A stretch of 64,000 bases of DNA from Octopus vulgaris (lineage: Eukaryota): positions 24,862,001 through 24,926,000 of the forward strand of contig OX597817.1 of assembly GCA_951406725.2 (NCBI GenBank), in the 5' to 3' direction. A program made the position numbers and the translations under genes. Below, in pieces: positions 25,865 through 39,264 of this stretch; position 1 is the first letter of the stretch, and each line of letters opens with the position of its first letter. Under the pieces are notes generated by a model, which did no database searches, was not told the DNA's origin, and was given only the letters and a program-made list of their open reading frames with translations.

Positions 25865-26219
25865 TTACTCTTTTACTTGTTTCAGTCATTTGACTGTGGC
25901 CATGCTGGAGCAAGGCTTCTTTCATATATATGTATGTGTGTCTGTGTTTGTCCCCCTAGCGTTGCTTGACAACCGATGCTGGTGTGTTTACATCCCCGTC
26001 ACTTAGCAGTTCGGCAAAAGAGACTGGGCTTACAAAGAATAAGTCCCGGGGTCGATTATATACGACAGGCTTCTTTCAGTTTCCGTCTACTAAATCCACT
26101 CACAAGGCATTCGTCAGCCCGGGGCAGAAGACACTTGCCCAAGATGCCACGCAGTGGGACTGAACCCGGAACCATGTGGTTGGTTAGCAAGCTACTTACC
26201 ACACAGCCACTCCTGCGCC
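25865..26219 (-). mobile_element. SINE family A copy with an internal inversion
   Basis: The flanks are in minus orientation while 25925-26057 is in plus orientation. Confidence 0.8.
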
Positions 26220-26972
26220 TATTTGTGAGTACTGAATATATAGATATGATCTTAATTTTTAACCCTTGTTACTGGAGTAGTACATTTTTACCATTTAATT
26301 TATTCATCTATAACTGTTATAAAAGTTCACATTATGGAAATTGGTAAGTGTAATATTTTGCTATACTTGTTAATTATTCTGATAGAAATTGGATACACTT
26401 TCTAAAAGCTCTACCATAATTAGGTTTTAATTAAAATTATATCAGAAACATCCATTTGAAATGTGAAATACTGTCAGATTTTGCATATGGAAGATAAGTG
26501 AGCACATTGATATCTATACAAATAGATATTCAAAAATTGAAAAAAAAGATGCGAAAGTATTTTAAAAGCTCTGCCATGGTTATTTTTTAATCTGAATTAC
26601 ATCACAGACATGTGTTGTGTGCATGTAGGCATATACACTTCTTGAAAAGTGAAATATTTCTCATATTTTGCTTTCGGAAAGAATTTGAAATTTGTACTCA
26701 TCCAATTCTATGTATAAAATAGTATACATATACGCTAAATAAATATATTCAGAAAGTTTATATACACACACAGTGTCCATACCTAAATATGGGAAAAAAA
26801 GAGATTGGTATTTATGGGTAATGAATAATATATTCTCTATTGGTGCATTTAATATATCTAAGTATTTGGATTTATAATGTATGACTTTGTGCATATGTAA
26901 TAGATAATGTCTGTGTTTGCATGCGTGTATAGATAGACCATATATAAATCTATGTGGTTACATATGTGTAAA

Positions 26973-27012
<40 letters not shown>

Positions 27013-28609
27013 CATTTGTCAATATTTGCCTCTTAATATTTCAGTGTGATTTACATTCATTTATCTAAGTATCGATGGTGATGCAGTGTATGTTCTCAAT
27101 GAATCATGCTTTATATTCTAGGCAAGGCTGAAGAGAAAATCTATTTTTTATTTGTTTTTCTTCAATATTTTCAATGAACAACAGTAACAACTAAAATTAT
27201 AATGATGCAAAATAAAAATAATAATAATAATAATAAATTTTCCCCAAATTGCTTTTCTCCCATCCTTCTTTTCAGTGTAGTTTGTTTCAATTAGTTATTT
27301 ATACCATTTGTAGAATGCTTTCAAAAGAAACATCTCTAATATTTTGGACGGCTTTTAGAAGACTGGAATATAGTCAGTGATGGGTACAGATTGACTTTCC
27401 ACTGAATTCCTTTGAGAAATACCAAAGTTTATTGCACATTTCTTGTTTCATTATCACTTTAGGATTGACCAGTCAAAATAAAATGCATCTATGAATATCA
27501 ATTCAGCAACCAAGTTCAAAATTCCCTCAAAAGAAGCATATATCTTCTTTGTGCCCATCCAATTTTATGCACAAATAATCACACACAATAGTGAAGCCTC
27601 TATCCCGATATCTTTCAGAGATTCATCCTTTTCTAACAATCAAAGAAAAACAGTACCTCTCTGAAACAAAATAGGAATCAGTATTTCGAAATAGTCCCAT
27701 TCTATGCCATAACTCGGAGTAATGGCCATACTGACAATTATAACTGCTTTTGAAATTTCTTATTCAAGTGAAAAATTCTCACAAAATCAATGAATAAATA
27801 TCATTTGCCATTCCCTAACTGATAAATCTAATTTCTTGCTGAATGTGTATAGAATTTCAGATGGCAATTAGCAAATGTTTCTTTGTGACTATTTATAAAT
27901 GGTAACTTTCCATCCGTCACTATGTTTGAGTTTTGTTAGATTATGTTTTGGTTCATTGAAATGAAAAAAAAAAAAAAATTCTGATTTTTTTAAAGAGCAT
28001 CATACACATAATAAATAAACAAGATTGAAAAGGGAAGAAAATGAAAGAAAACAAATCGAAAACAAGACAAAAAATTCAAATGTCTCCCAAATGTTCATTT
28101 ATTGCCGGAGAATTTGTTTTGTTGATTTTTCAATGTATGTGTTTTAGTGTGAAGTTTTCTGTCAACAAGAGGTCAGAATCTATGAAGCAAGCAGGCTTAA
28201 TTGCTGCCACTAAGAACTGGGATAGGGTAATTTAGGGTTAACCAAATAAGAGTTGTTGTTAATAGTCAGTAGGAGCAATACTAGTCGGAACAGCGAGAAA
28301 CAAAATGGAGAATTTTGATTTAAAATTTTTTTTTTTTTATATTCTTCAGACAATAATATTACTGGAATTAGAATATTAAGAAAAATTAAGAGTGTGAACC
28401 TTAAGACGTGTATATATATATGTGTGGTAAGCATGTGTGTATGTGTGTTAACAGTGATTATATTGTGGAATTTCTGTCAGCTACTTATAACTAAGCTATT
28501 GATATATCATAGCAACTTGTTCTTATCAATGTTTTCAAAATAATGATAATTATTATCAAGCTCTTTATACAGAATTTCACTATGACATTCAATATCATAT
28601 ATCCATACA

Positions 28610-28992
<383 letters not shown>

Positions 28993-29969
28993 TGCTTGTG
29001 TATGTTTGCACATGCACACACATACACTTATAAAACTTCTCAGTGTTTCTGTAATATTTAAGATATTATTCTGCTTCCAATATATGAGATGTCATCTTTG
29101 TAAGAATTTTGAAGAAATTTTCTAATTTGTAAATTGGGGGTGAAATCATGCAAAGAATTGATTAAATTATTGACACACATCAAATCTCAAATATGTGGAA
29201 ATATCCATCACATTAACAGAGCACCTCAATTAGCAAATGCTGTACTCACTTCAATGAACAATACTGATGCACTTTTTTTTTTTATATTGAGTAAAGCAAA
29301 GCCTATATACACACAGCCCCACTGCAACACACCAACTCCCATACGTATGTGTCCATATGTGTATGTAAATACAAACATCGTATATACAAATATACATATG
29401 TAAGATTAATTATTGAATTGCTTTTCAGAACTTAGTCATTTAATCATTCTGTAATAAAAATATTCAATTTCAAAAACAGAAAATAAAAAATTAAATTTAA
29501 AGAATATGCCTACCACCATTACACCATATCACCCCACAGAAGTGAGAAAACAGATAAGTATAGTTCTAGTAATGTTTGACTTAAGCATTTCACTATTTAC
29601 AAACAGTGAATATAAAGAAGAAGCTATATGATGTTATAACAGATAAGTTACTGAGTAAATGTGAAGGTGTCAAAATAGATGTCAAACAACTGTCAGGAAG
29701 TTTCAAAAGGAAGAAAGCAAAGTAAAAGACAGCGGGAATATGTCTGTTGCAAATTTAAATAATTAAAAAGGCAATCCATTAATTAAAGAGCAAATCTTAA
29801 CATAAGCTCACAAAACAAGATTTTAAGTTTTGTTTTTAGAATTATGCTGGAAGTGTGGAAGAACAAGATTCATAACAAAGATACAGGGTATTGATGTTTG
29901 GTCACATGCAAACTCTAGTTCTGCAGATGTATAATCACACACATACAAACATGTATATACACACACACA

Positions 29970-30024
<55 letters not shown>

Positions 30025-30029
<5 letters not shown>

Positions 30030-30240
30030 ATCCAAACAAGAAAACACAAAAAAACAACAGCGCGAGGACGTGGAACAAATATAGTATTATTGGATGCTCA
30101 GGAAAGAAGGGAAGAAGGAGGGTTTAACGTTTTGAGCGGAGCTCTTCGTCAGAAACATAGGAGAAGGAAAGATTCCGAGAAGGGAAGACAGAGAAAAAAA
30201 AATTGCCAACGGTACACACGAGGTCACATTTTGAAAAGAT
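30025..30240 (-). mobile_element. Penelope-like terminal fragment abutting (TA)n
   Basis: Contains an HHR-like motif at 30122-30156. Same architecture as 57272-57460 and 60590-60778. Confidence 0.6.
30122..30156 (-). ncRNA. Minimal hammerhead motif (G12 mutated to A)
   Basis: Minus strand reads gttt-CTGACGA-agagc tcc gctc-AAAA-cgt-TA-aac. Confidence 0.55.
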
Positions 30241-30242
30241 AT

Positions 30243-30984
30243 TCTCTTTTACTCTTTTACTCTTTTACTTGTTTGTCATTTGACTGCGGCCATGCTGGAG
30301 CACCACCTTTTAGTACTTATTCTATCGGTCTCTTTTTGCCGAACCGCTAAGTGACGGGGACGTAAACACACCAGCATCGGTTGTCAAGCAATGCTAGGGG
30401 GACAAACACAGACACACAAACACACACACATATACATATATATACATATATACGACAGGCTTCTTTCAGTTTCCGTCTACCAAATCCACTCACAAGGCAT
30501 TGGTCGGCCCGGGGCTATAGCAGAAGACACTTGCCCAAGATGCCACGCAGTGGGACTGAACCCGCAACCGTGTGGTTGGTTAGCAAGCTACTTACCACAC
30601 AGCCACTCCTGCGCCTATATATATATATAAATTAATTTAGAGATAAAACCACTATTAGGCAAATCAAACAGTGAAAAACATAAACCAAAACATAAAAATA
30701 AAAATAAATAATATAATATAATATATATAATATATATATTATAATATGTAATAATTAATATATATATATATAGATGTAATGCTACAAAACTGTGGTAATT
30801 GTCTTGACAAAGTTTCTTATCCAGAAGTATGACGCTGCCAAGCAGAGAAGTGCATCAGTAACATGAAAACCATTGATGTGCACACAGTAAGTTTTTGTGT
30901 GCTCACAACGCTTTGGTCAATTCAATAATTAATCTTACCCATGTATGTTTGTATATATGATGTTTTTATTTACATACACATATA

Positions 30985-31018
<34 letters not shown>

Positions 31019-31817
31019 AGTTGGTGTGTTGCTGGAAAACACATGCCTATGCTGCTCTACACAATGAGAGACTGTTGCCACAGAAGCCATGTTGGGAAAC
31101 CATATCTGTATCTGTCCATGCACTCGCACACACACACACACACACAGATAAGCAATGATATAAAGAAGAAAATGTAAAACTCCTTTAATAATACAGTTAA
31201 TTAATTCCAAAGTAGATTATTACAAGTGAACCATTTCAAAATATAATAACACAGATTCGTAAATAGATTATCGCAATCAAATTTTTTCAAAATATCAAAT
31301 CAAACAATGCCTTGCTTCAATCAAATCATTTAAAGGTTACATATTACGAAGTATACTTCCAAAACCACTGAATACAACTGCATTATATGGAAAACCTGTG
31401 CTGCAACTACCGATTCCATCAATCAGTCAGTCATTTGACTGCAGCCATGCTGGAGCACCGCCTTTAATCGAGCAACTCGACCCCAGGACTTATTCTTTTG
31501 TAAGCCCAGTACTTATTCTATCGGTCTCTTTTGCCGAACCGCTAAGCAATGGGGACATAAACACACCAGCATCGGTTGTCAAGCAATGCTAGGGGGACAA
31601 ACACACACACAAACATATACACACACGTACATATATACATATATTTACATATATATGACGGGCTTCTTTCAGTTTCCGTCTACCAAATCCACTCACAAGG
31701 CTTTGGTCGGCCCGAGGCTATAGTAGAAGACACTTGCCCAAGGTGCCACGCAGTGAGACTGAACCCGGAACCATGTGGTTAGTAAACAAGCTACTTACCA
31801 CACAGCCACTCCTGCGC
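30243..31817 (-). mobile_element. Two SINE family A copies (30243-30617 and 31425-31817)
   Basis: Homology to 3200-3599. Confidence 0.85.
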
Positions 31818-31829
31818 TGAAGAATATAA

Positions 31830-32650
31830 AGGAAGAAAGGCAAGGACAGTAATGATGCTAAGGTATTCGAAAGATCAGAACATCCAAGAAAACCCTCTAA
31901 AGTTATAAGCAGGGATGAAATGGAAAGCGGAAGAGGCAGTAAACAGGGCAATCGGAAATCTAAGGCAGGCTGATATAGAGTGATGCAAAAAGCAAGAGCC
32001 AGTCTAGGGTTGCACAATTTCAAGCCATTTTGTATAAGCAGTGTAAAATAGATGAAAGAGGCAGTGGTATGTGAAGTGAGAAAGGATGAAGAAGAAAGGT
32101 GAAATGTACATTTGGTGCGATGTAGTCAACAGGGACAGTGACTGAAATGGGAGGAATATGTGGTCAGTTGCAGAATCTTATGGAAAGAATTTGGGGCTTG
32201 GGAACAAGCAAAGACATCCTTCCTGATCAAGTCTACCTTCAACTTTCTACCTTCACTGGCAAATTTAGTCCAGTGGAACATACAAACAACTGATGAATGT
32301 AGATGTGGAGAGAAAGCGATGGTGAGACATGTTCTGTCAAACTGCAGGCTAGCACTAGACAGATATGCATGATGTCACAATCAAGTCCTCAGTGTCATAA
32401 GCACAGCACTCAAGAAGATTGAGGGATATAATAGGGGAGAATACCCAAAAGTGGAAAAGTGTGGTAAAATATACTTCCAGAAGGAGGGAAAAGGACATAA
32501 CGCCAGGCCTTCAAATAAAATATACAAGACAGATGAAAGATAAAAGGGATACTGGGAGCTGGCCACAGATTTGTAAAGACTGTTAATATTTCCACTCATA
32601 TAAACAACAGAAAGATTGGACTTAATCCTATGAAACACAGAAAAGAGAAG
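31830..32650 (+). pseudogene. Degenerate HERO-clade (R2 group) non-LTR retrotransposon fragment: CCHC finger and start of REL domain
   Basis: SQQGQ*LKW..ILWKEFGAWEQAKTSFLIKSTFNFLPSLANLVQW..ECRCGE..VRHVLSNCRLALDRYA*CHNQVL ... WELATDL*RLLIFP..TTERLDLIL. Confidence 0.75.
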
Positions 32651-33917
32651 TAAAATTTTGTTGTAGCATTTGTTAGCAATTAACAAGGAGAAAAAATGAT
32701 AATTTTAATAATTAAAGTATTAAAAAATAATTCTTCTTGCATATACAGATATCCGTGCCGGTGACACGTAAAAGCACCATCCGTTCGTGTCCGTTGCCAG
32801 CCTCGCCTGGCCCCCGTGCCAGTGACACGTAAAAGCATCATCCGTTCGTGGCCTGTTTGCCAGCTCTGTCTGGCACCTGTGCGGGTGGCACGTAAAAAGC
32901 ACCCACTACACTCACGGAGTGGTTGGCGTTAGGAAGGGCATCCAGCCGTAGAAACACTGCCAGATCTGACTGGGCCTGATGAAGCCTTCCAGCCTTCACA
33001 GACCCCAGTTGAACCGTCCAACCCATGCTAGCATGGAGAACGGACGCTAGATGATGATGATGATGATGATGATCTGATCTTTATTAGCAGGGCTGGTGAC
33101 AGTGATGGATATTATTTTGGTCTTATCAGATTGTGCTAGCAAAACCCAAACAGCTCAAACTCTCCTGTAGTTAAAAAGAAGCACTTTTACACGAAGGAAA
33201 GGGGTTATGAATAATTTTTGGTGGAAAGTAATATGAAGAAGAATAAACAAAAATTAAGCAAAAGGGAATAATTCAAAGTAGTCAATAGCATAGTTTGTAA
33301 TAAATTATAAATGGATGAGTGATCTCAAGAGGCTGAAATTAACAAAAGAGATGACAAAGAATTGCAACTTGGTGCAAACTGCTGTGCTGGAAAGGAGCCA
33401 CTCATTTCATACAAGCATGGGAAAAATGAATGCAAAAATGATAATAATTGTGGTGGTCGAGATTGGGATGGACAATGTGTACTTATAGATCTCTCTTAAC
33501 CATTATTTACATATTAAGTCTTTGTATACCATTCTCTCCTTTCTCTTCATTTCTTTTTTTCAATTATCGCTCCTCTTCCATCAACTTGCTTCTTGATATC
33601 ATTCTACCACTCTTTCATCACACCAATGATGGTTTGCACTGGATCAGTTCATATTTATTTTCCCCTACCACTACCCTTTCTTTTATAGCTAACAATCACA
33701 CACACACATACACCCCTGCATACACACCCTATCACTCTCTCTCTCTCTCTCATTATTCCTTTCCATATCACTCATTATTTACATCTATTGTTTCCAATCT
33801 CTCACAACCTTTAACTTCCATCGCTCTTTGTTTGTTTGTTTGTTTGTTTCTTTCTTTCTTTCTATCTTTCTTTCTTTCCCTCCCTCTCTCTCTCACATAC
33901 ACACACCAACTCACACT

Positions 33918-33954
<37 letters not shown>

Positions 33955-34319
33955 TTTCTCTCTCTCTTACTCTCTCATTATACTTTCCCATATCACTCAT
34001 TATTTACATCTATAGTTTCCATCCTCTCACAATCACCCTTCTTCATTACTATTCATTGCTCTATCTCCCTCTCTCTCCCCTCTCCCACCTCTCCCCTCTC
34101 TCCCTTTCTCTCCCTCTCCCCACGAAAACACAGAACTCCTTCTAATGTTAATATATATCGACCTCTTACTCTTATTACTCTGCCATTTCCTTTTAATCTC
34201 TGTTCCTCCATGAGGTTACTCATGTAGTTTCCATTGAATTTTCTTACCAACAATCATTACACAATTGTCAATCAATCTGTCTGTCTGTCTCCCTGCTCTT
34301 TTACCTATTGCTCTTCTTT

Positions 34320-34555
34320 TTTTATTTCTTTACTACCCACAAGGAGCTAAACATAGGGGAGACAAACAAGGACAGACAAAGGGATTAAGTCGATTATATC
34401 GACCCCAGTGCGTAACTGATATTTAATTTATCGACCCCAAAAGGATGGAAGGCAAAGTTGACCTTGGCAGAATTTGAACTCAGAATGTAAAGAGAGACGA
34501 AATACCACTAAAGCATTTCACCCGGTGTGCTAACGTTTCTGCCAGTTCACCACCT
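34320..34555 (-). mobile_element. SINE family B copy (duplicate at about 42260-42497)
   Basis: Reverse complement of 21730-21963, with imperfect attgctcttctttt flanking repeats. Confidence 0.85.
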
Positions 34556-35734
34556 TTTTATCTCCCATTGCTCTTCTTTTTATCTCCCATTGTTCTCCCT
34601 TTCTACCTCTGTCATCACTTTTTACTAAGTTGTGAGACAATCCCTTGGTGCTGAGTGAATAAACATACAGAGAAATCTAGTGAAGAGGACAGTTTAGAAA
34701 GAAGACAACCTTTCCGATAGTGTTCCCAGTGCATTCTGAAAGTGGTTGAAGGATGAACAGTAACTGTGAAACATAGAAAGGACTCTTCAGGTTTGCTGAG
34801 AACATGACACCATCTCTAATGCTGCTGCTATGATACGTTTCTGTACACCCTGCAAGTAACTGGTAAAAGGAATGGAATCAAACTGTCCAAATCATGCAAA
34901 ATGCAACGTGAAGCATGAGCCATCCAAGAGAATATTAAGTCTGAATGAGAAAACACTTGATTATGACAATCTATGCAAAGCTAAAATAGAAAAATGCTTG
35001 TAAAGTACATGTGGCTATTGTAATGAATGGGGCAAGTATGAAATTTTATGAATTGGAAGTTTTCTCAGCTTAAAAAAGAGACCGTAAACATATTGGTATT
35101 CCTTAGTGACTTAAAGAAAAGTTAAAGTCATTCCATCATTATAATCATTTATTGTCTGTTTTCCAAGCAGACATTGGTTGGACGGTTTGACAGAAAACTG
35201 GTAAGTTGAGGAGCTGCACCAGGTTTCAAGCTGATTTGGTGATTAGGCAAGGTTTCTAGAGCCAGATGCCCTTCTTAATACCAACCACTCCAAGAGTGTA
35301 GTGAGGGCTGTTTGTTTGCCGGTTACAAAACACCAGCATCAGCTACAACTGGCATAACAAGTCTTCACAAGCATGGTATATTGCCAAAGGTCTCAGTCAC
35401 TTTTCACTGCATCCGTGAGGTTTAAAGTTCAAAGGGGCCTTTTACATGTCACTGGCATGGGTGCCAAATATGCAACACTGGCATCAGCCATGACTACGGT
35501 TTAACTTGGTTTGATGGGTCTTTGCAAGCACAGCATATTGGCCAACATTCAAAGGGTGCATTTTACGTGCCACTGGCATGAGTGCCAGTTACATGACACT
35601 GGCATTAGCCATGACTAATGAGAATGGTAAATTCAACAGACATGTTTCAGCTATATTAGATCTCAACACTATTATATACTCACTACAAATTTGTTTGATC
35701 AGTAAGTATCAATATATTTGATTTTATATATATA

Positions 35735-36133
35735 CTAGCAGTATCGCCTGGCGTTGCTCGGGTTTGTAAGGGAAATAACTATATATGCAGTTTTAGAGAG
35801 TTATAGCCAAAAAAATAGCAAAAAAAAGCATTAAAAATGGAAAAAAAATGATGGTAAATTTTTTTTTAAATCGTTGACTCATCGTAGACATTTTTAGAGA
35901 AGTACTTCCCTTATATAATAGCGACAAAATGCATTAAAATGGAAAAAAATGATGGTAAATTTTTTTTTAGATTGTAGACTCATCGTAGACGTGCGCTAAT
36001 ACCCAGAAGGGCTCGATATGAATCACGACTATAAGATACCCGGTTTTGGTTAAACTGCACCGCAAAATGTGGGAGTAGTTAGGAATCTAAATCGTAGGAG
36101 ACAGGCACACAACCTTACTTTTATATATAAAGA
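35735..36133 (-). mobile_element. Complete ~400-bp non-autonomous Helitron
   Basis: Minus strand reads A|TCTTTATATATAAAAG ... cccgagcaacgccagg hairpin ... CTAG|T, with an internal short tandem duplication. Confidence 0.85.
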
Positions 36134-37104
36134 TAAAAAAAAGTGATAAAAGTAATTTTTGGCAAACAGAATTTAGGACGTGATAAATGAAAAGTACTAA
36201 GGCTGAAAATTCTAATAAGCCAATGACAAATACTAAGATAAAACATGTATGTGTGGGAATAATGAATGATATGCATCTTATCTCTTTACTCTTTTACTTG
36301 TTTCAGTCGTTTGATTGTGGCCATGCTGGAGCACCGCCTTTAGTCGAGCAAATCGACCCCGGGACTTATTCTTTGTAAGCCCAGTACTTATTCTATCGGT
36401 CTCTTTTGCCGAACCGCTAAGTGACGGGGATGTAAACACTCCAGCATCGGTTGTCAGGCAATGCTAGGGGGACAAACACAGACACTCAAACACACACACT
36501 TATATAAATATATATACATATATACGACAGGCTTCTTTCAGTTTCCGTCTACCAAATCCACTCACAAGGCATTGGTCGGCCCTGAGGCTATAGCAGAAGA
36601 CACTTGCCCAAGATGCCACGCAGTGGGACTGAACCCGGAACCATGTGGCTGGTTAGCATTTTAATGAAGGAATTGAAAATTTTCTGTTAGTTGCAGAAAG
36701 AAAACAAAGGTCTAGTAACATTCAATAAAAATCTTTGAAGGAGAGGAGAGATAATTTAAATAAATGAATTAATAACGAAAATTTAAATTGCATGCTTTAG
36801 GGAAAATTTAATCCTTGTTTAGCAGGCATGGTGAAATCTGAATTTTGTTAGTTTGGGTAGTATCAGCAATACACTTCCTCTTCAATCTGAGAATTACATT
36901 TTTGTCATTAGTTTTTCATTTATTGGAATTATGCAGTCATGGCTGTGTGGTAAGACACATGCATCCAGGTTCAGTTCCACAATGCAACATCTTGGACAAT
37001 TGTCTTCTACTATAGCCCCAGGCCAACCAATGCCCTAAGAATGGACTTGGTGGACAGGAACTGTAAAAAGCCTGTTATGTATATATATATATATATATAT
37101 GTGT

Positions 37105-37732
37105 GTGAGAGAGGTATTGGTATCTAGAAGACCCAAAGAGTGGCAGGTAACGACTCTACTCTATACTGTTCTCTCTTCCTATCATTTTCTCTTTCATCCT
37201 TTCTCTAAATCCTTTTCCACCCCTTTACTCTTTTCTATCTGTCTCTCTCTCCCCTGCTTTCTCCTTTACTCTCTCTCATTGCTCACACATGATCATCGTC
37301 CATCTTTCTTTTCTTTCAGGACTGTCCTAGAGGTTGGACGTTTCCTATTTACCTCCCACTTCTATCTTTTCTCTGGTCAAAGAAAATATTTCTCCAGCAT
37401 TCGCTATTTTACTTTCATCTGGTCTAACGACCCTACATGTTTGTTTTCATTCAGCTTCCTTGTATGTCCCCACTTTCCTGTTTTCGTTGCCAACTTTGAC
37501 CCTCTATAAAATCCCAAATTTTATTTTGGCTTTTGCGGGAGACTGCCTTTTAAAAACTTGTATTGTCATTCAATGCTCGAAATGAGGAGTAGATAAGCAC
37601 CCGACAACTGATGGAGGGTCGTTCTTTATGTTACTTGTCCTGTTTTTCATTTGTTTCTCTCGTTTGCATTTTCAACTTATTTGTTTTTGTATTTCATGTT
37701 GTTTAATGTTTGTGACATCCTGCACCCATATA

Positions 37733-37735
<3 letters not shown>
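37105..37735. mobile_element. Unclassified CT-rich element bounded by (TA)n (duplicate at about 45060-45685)
   Basis: Bounded on both sides by TA repeats, with no recognisable protein. Confidence 0.4.
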
Positions 37736-37781
<46 letters not shown>

Positions 37782-38108
37782 TCTTTTACTTGTTTAGTCA
37801 TTTGACTGTGGTCATGCTGGAGCACCACCTTTAATCGAGCAAATTGACCCCAAAACTTATTCTTTGTAAGCATAGTACTTATTCTATTGATTGTCTTTTG
37901 CTGAACCGCTAAGTTACAGTGCCGTAAACACACCTGCATTGGTTGTCAAGCAATGTTGGGGGGACAAACACAGACACACAAACATATATACACATGCACA
38001 TAAATATATATATACCAAATCCACTCACAAGGCTTTGTAAGCAAGCTACTTACCACACAGCTACTCCTATGCCTATATATATATATATATATATATATGA
38101 TGTATGTA

Positions 38109-39264
38109 CGAGATGGCATCAAAAATTCCCAGACTAGTTCTGTGGTGCACCAACAGATGGCAGCACATGGTTGATGTGCAAAGATAGCTAACCATGACCT
38201 TCAGGAAGCCGTGTGCTGAGTAATATTTGCTGTAGTTACCTTGCAGGTTGTGAAATTTGTGATTTTGTGATCGTGTGTATGTTGTAGTCTGCAATTTTTG
38301 TCATGGACAGGAAGTTGAGACAAAGAGCCAACATGAAATTTTGTGTTAACCTTGGGAAGTCTTCTACAGAGATATTGAGCATGTGTCAACAAGCTTATGG
38401 TGACAAGGCCATCATACACAAAGCTTCAAGTGGTAATTCTTCAAATGCAGAAGAACATCCCTGGAAATCAATGAGTAATCTGGAAGACCTTTAAGAGTGT
38501 CACCACCAGATATGTGGAGAAAATTCATCAGGTTGAGCATGAGGATTGTTGGAGGACAATCAATGACATTTTGAAGTGTTTGAGGCAGAACATTTGGTGA
38601 AACCGATCGGATTTGTGGAGCATGAAAAATTGGATTCTTCATGACGACAATGCACCCTGTCACAGAGCTCCCCTCTCTCATGCGTTTCTCACAAAAAATA
38701 ACATGGCATCACTTCTGCATCCAACCTATTTGCCAGATTTAGCACCTGCAGACTTCCATCTCTTCCTCAAGATGAAAATGCAAATCAGAGGTCACTATTT
38801 TAACACCATTTTATTTCTTTACTACCCACAAGGATCTAAACACAGAAGGGACAAACAAAGACAGACAAACGGATTAATTCGATTATATTGACCCCAGTGC
38901 GTAACTGGTACTTATTTAATCGACCCCCGAAAGGAAGAAAGGCAAAGTCGACCTCGGTGGAATTTGAGCTCAGAACATAGTAGCAGATGAAATACTGCTA
39001 AGCATTTCACCTGGCATGCTAACGATTCTGCCAGCTCACCACCTTATTATTTTAACACCATTGCCAAGATCAAGAGTGAATACAGAAGGTCCTCAACTTG
39101 CTTACAGAAAACAACTCCCAGGCCAGATTCCAAAAGTGGCAGGAATTCTGGAACTGGTGCATTGCTGCACATCGTGACTATTTCAGAAGAGATTATGTAG
39201 AAACTTAAGTAAATAAGTTATTCCTTATTAAAAATCACTAGTCAGGAAATTTTTCGAAGTATTG
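38109..39264 (+). mobile_element. Decayed mariner transposon with a nested SINE B (38811-39047, TSD tattttaacaccatt)
   Basis: HTH-region QRANMKFCVNLGKSSTEILSMCQQAYGD, WILHDDNAPCH and HPTYLPDLAPADFHLF (YSPDLAP.D motif). Degenerate TIRs contain actagt and the flanks are TA. Confidence 0.9.

Noticed and set aside
33448-34227. 259-aa ORF, the longest in the window
   Set aside because: Low-complexity CT/CA-rich sequence depleted of stops, with no protein-like features.
37565-37625. GAAA...CTGATGG, a possible permuted hammerhead
   Set aside because: I could not build convincing stems I and III, and the core ends in G. It would need a family consensus.
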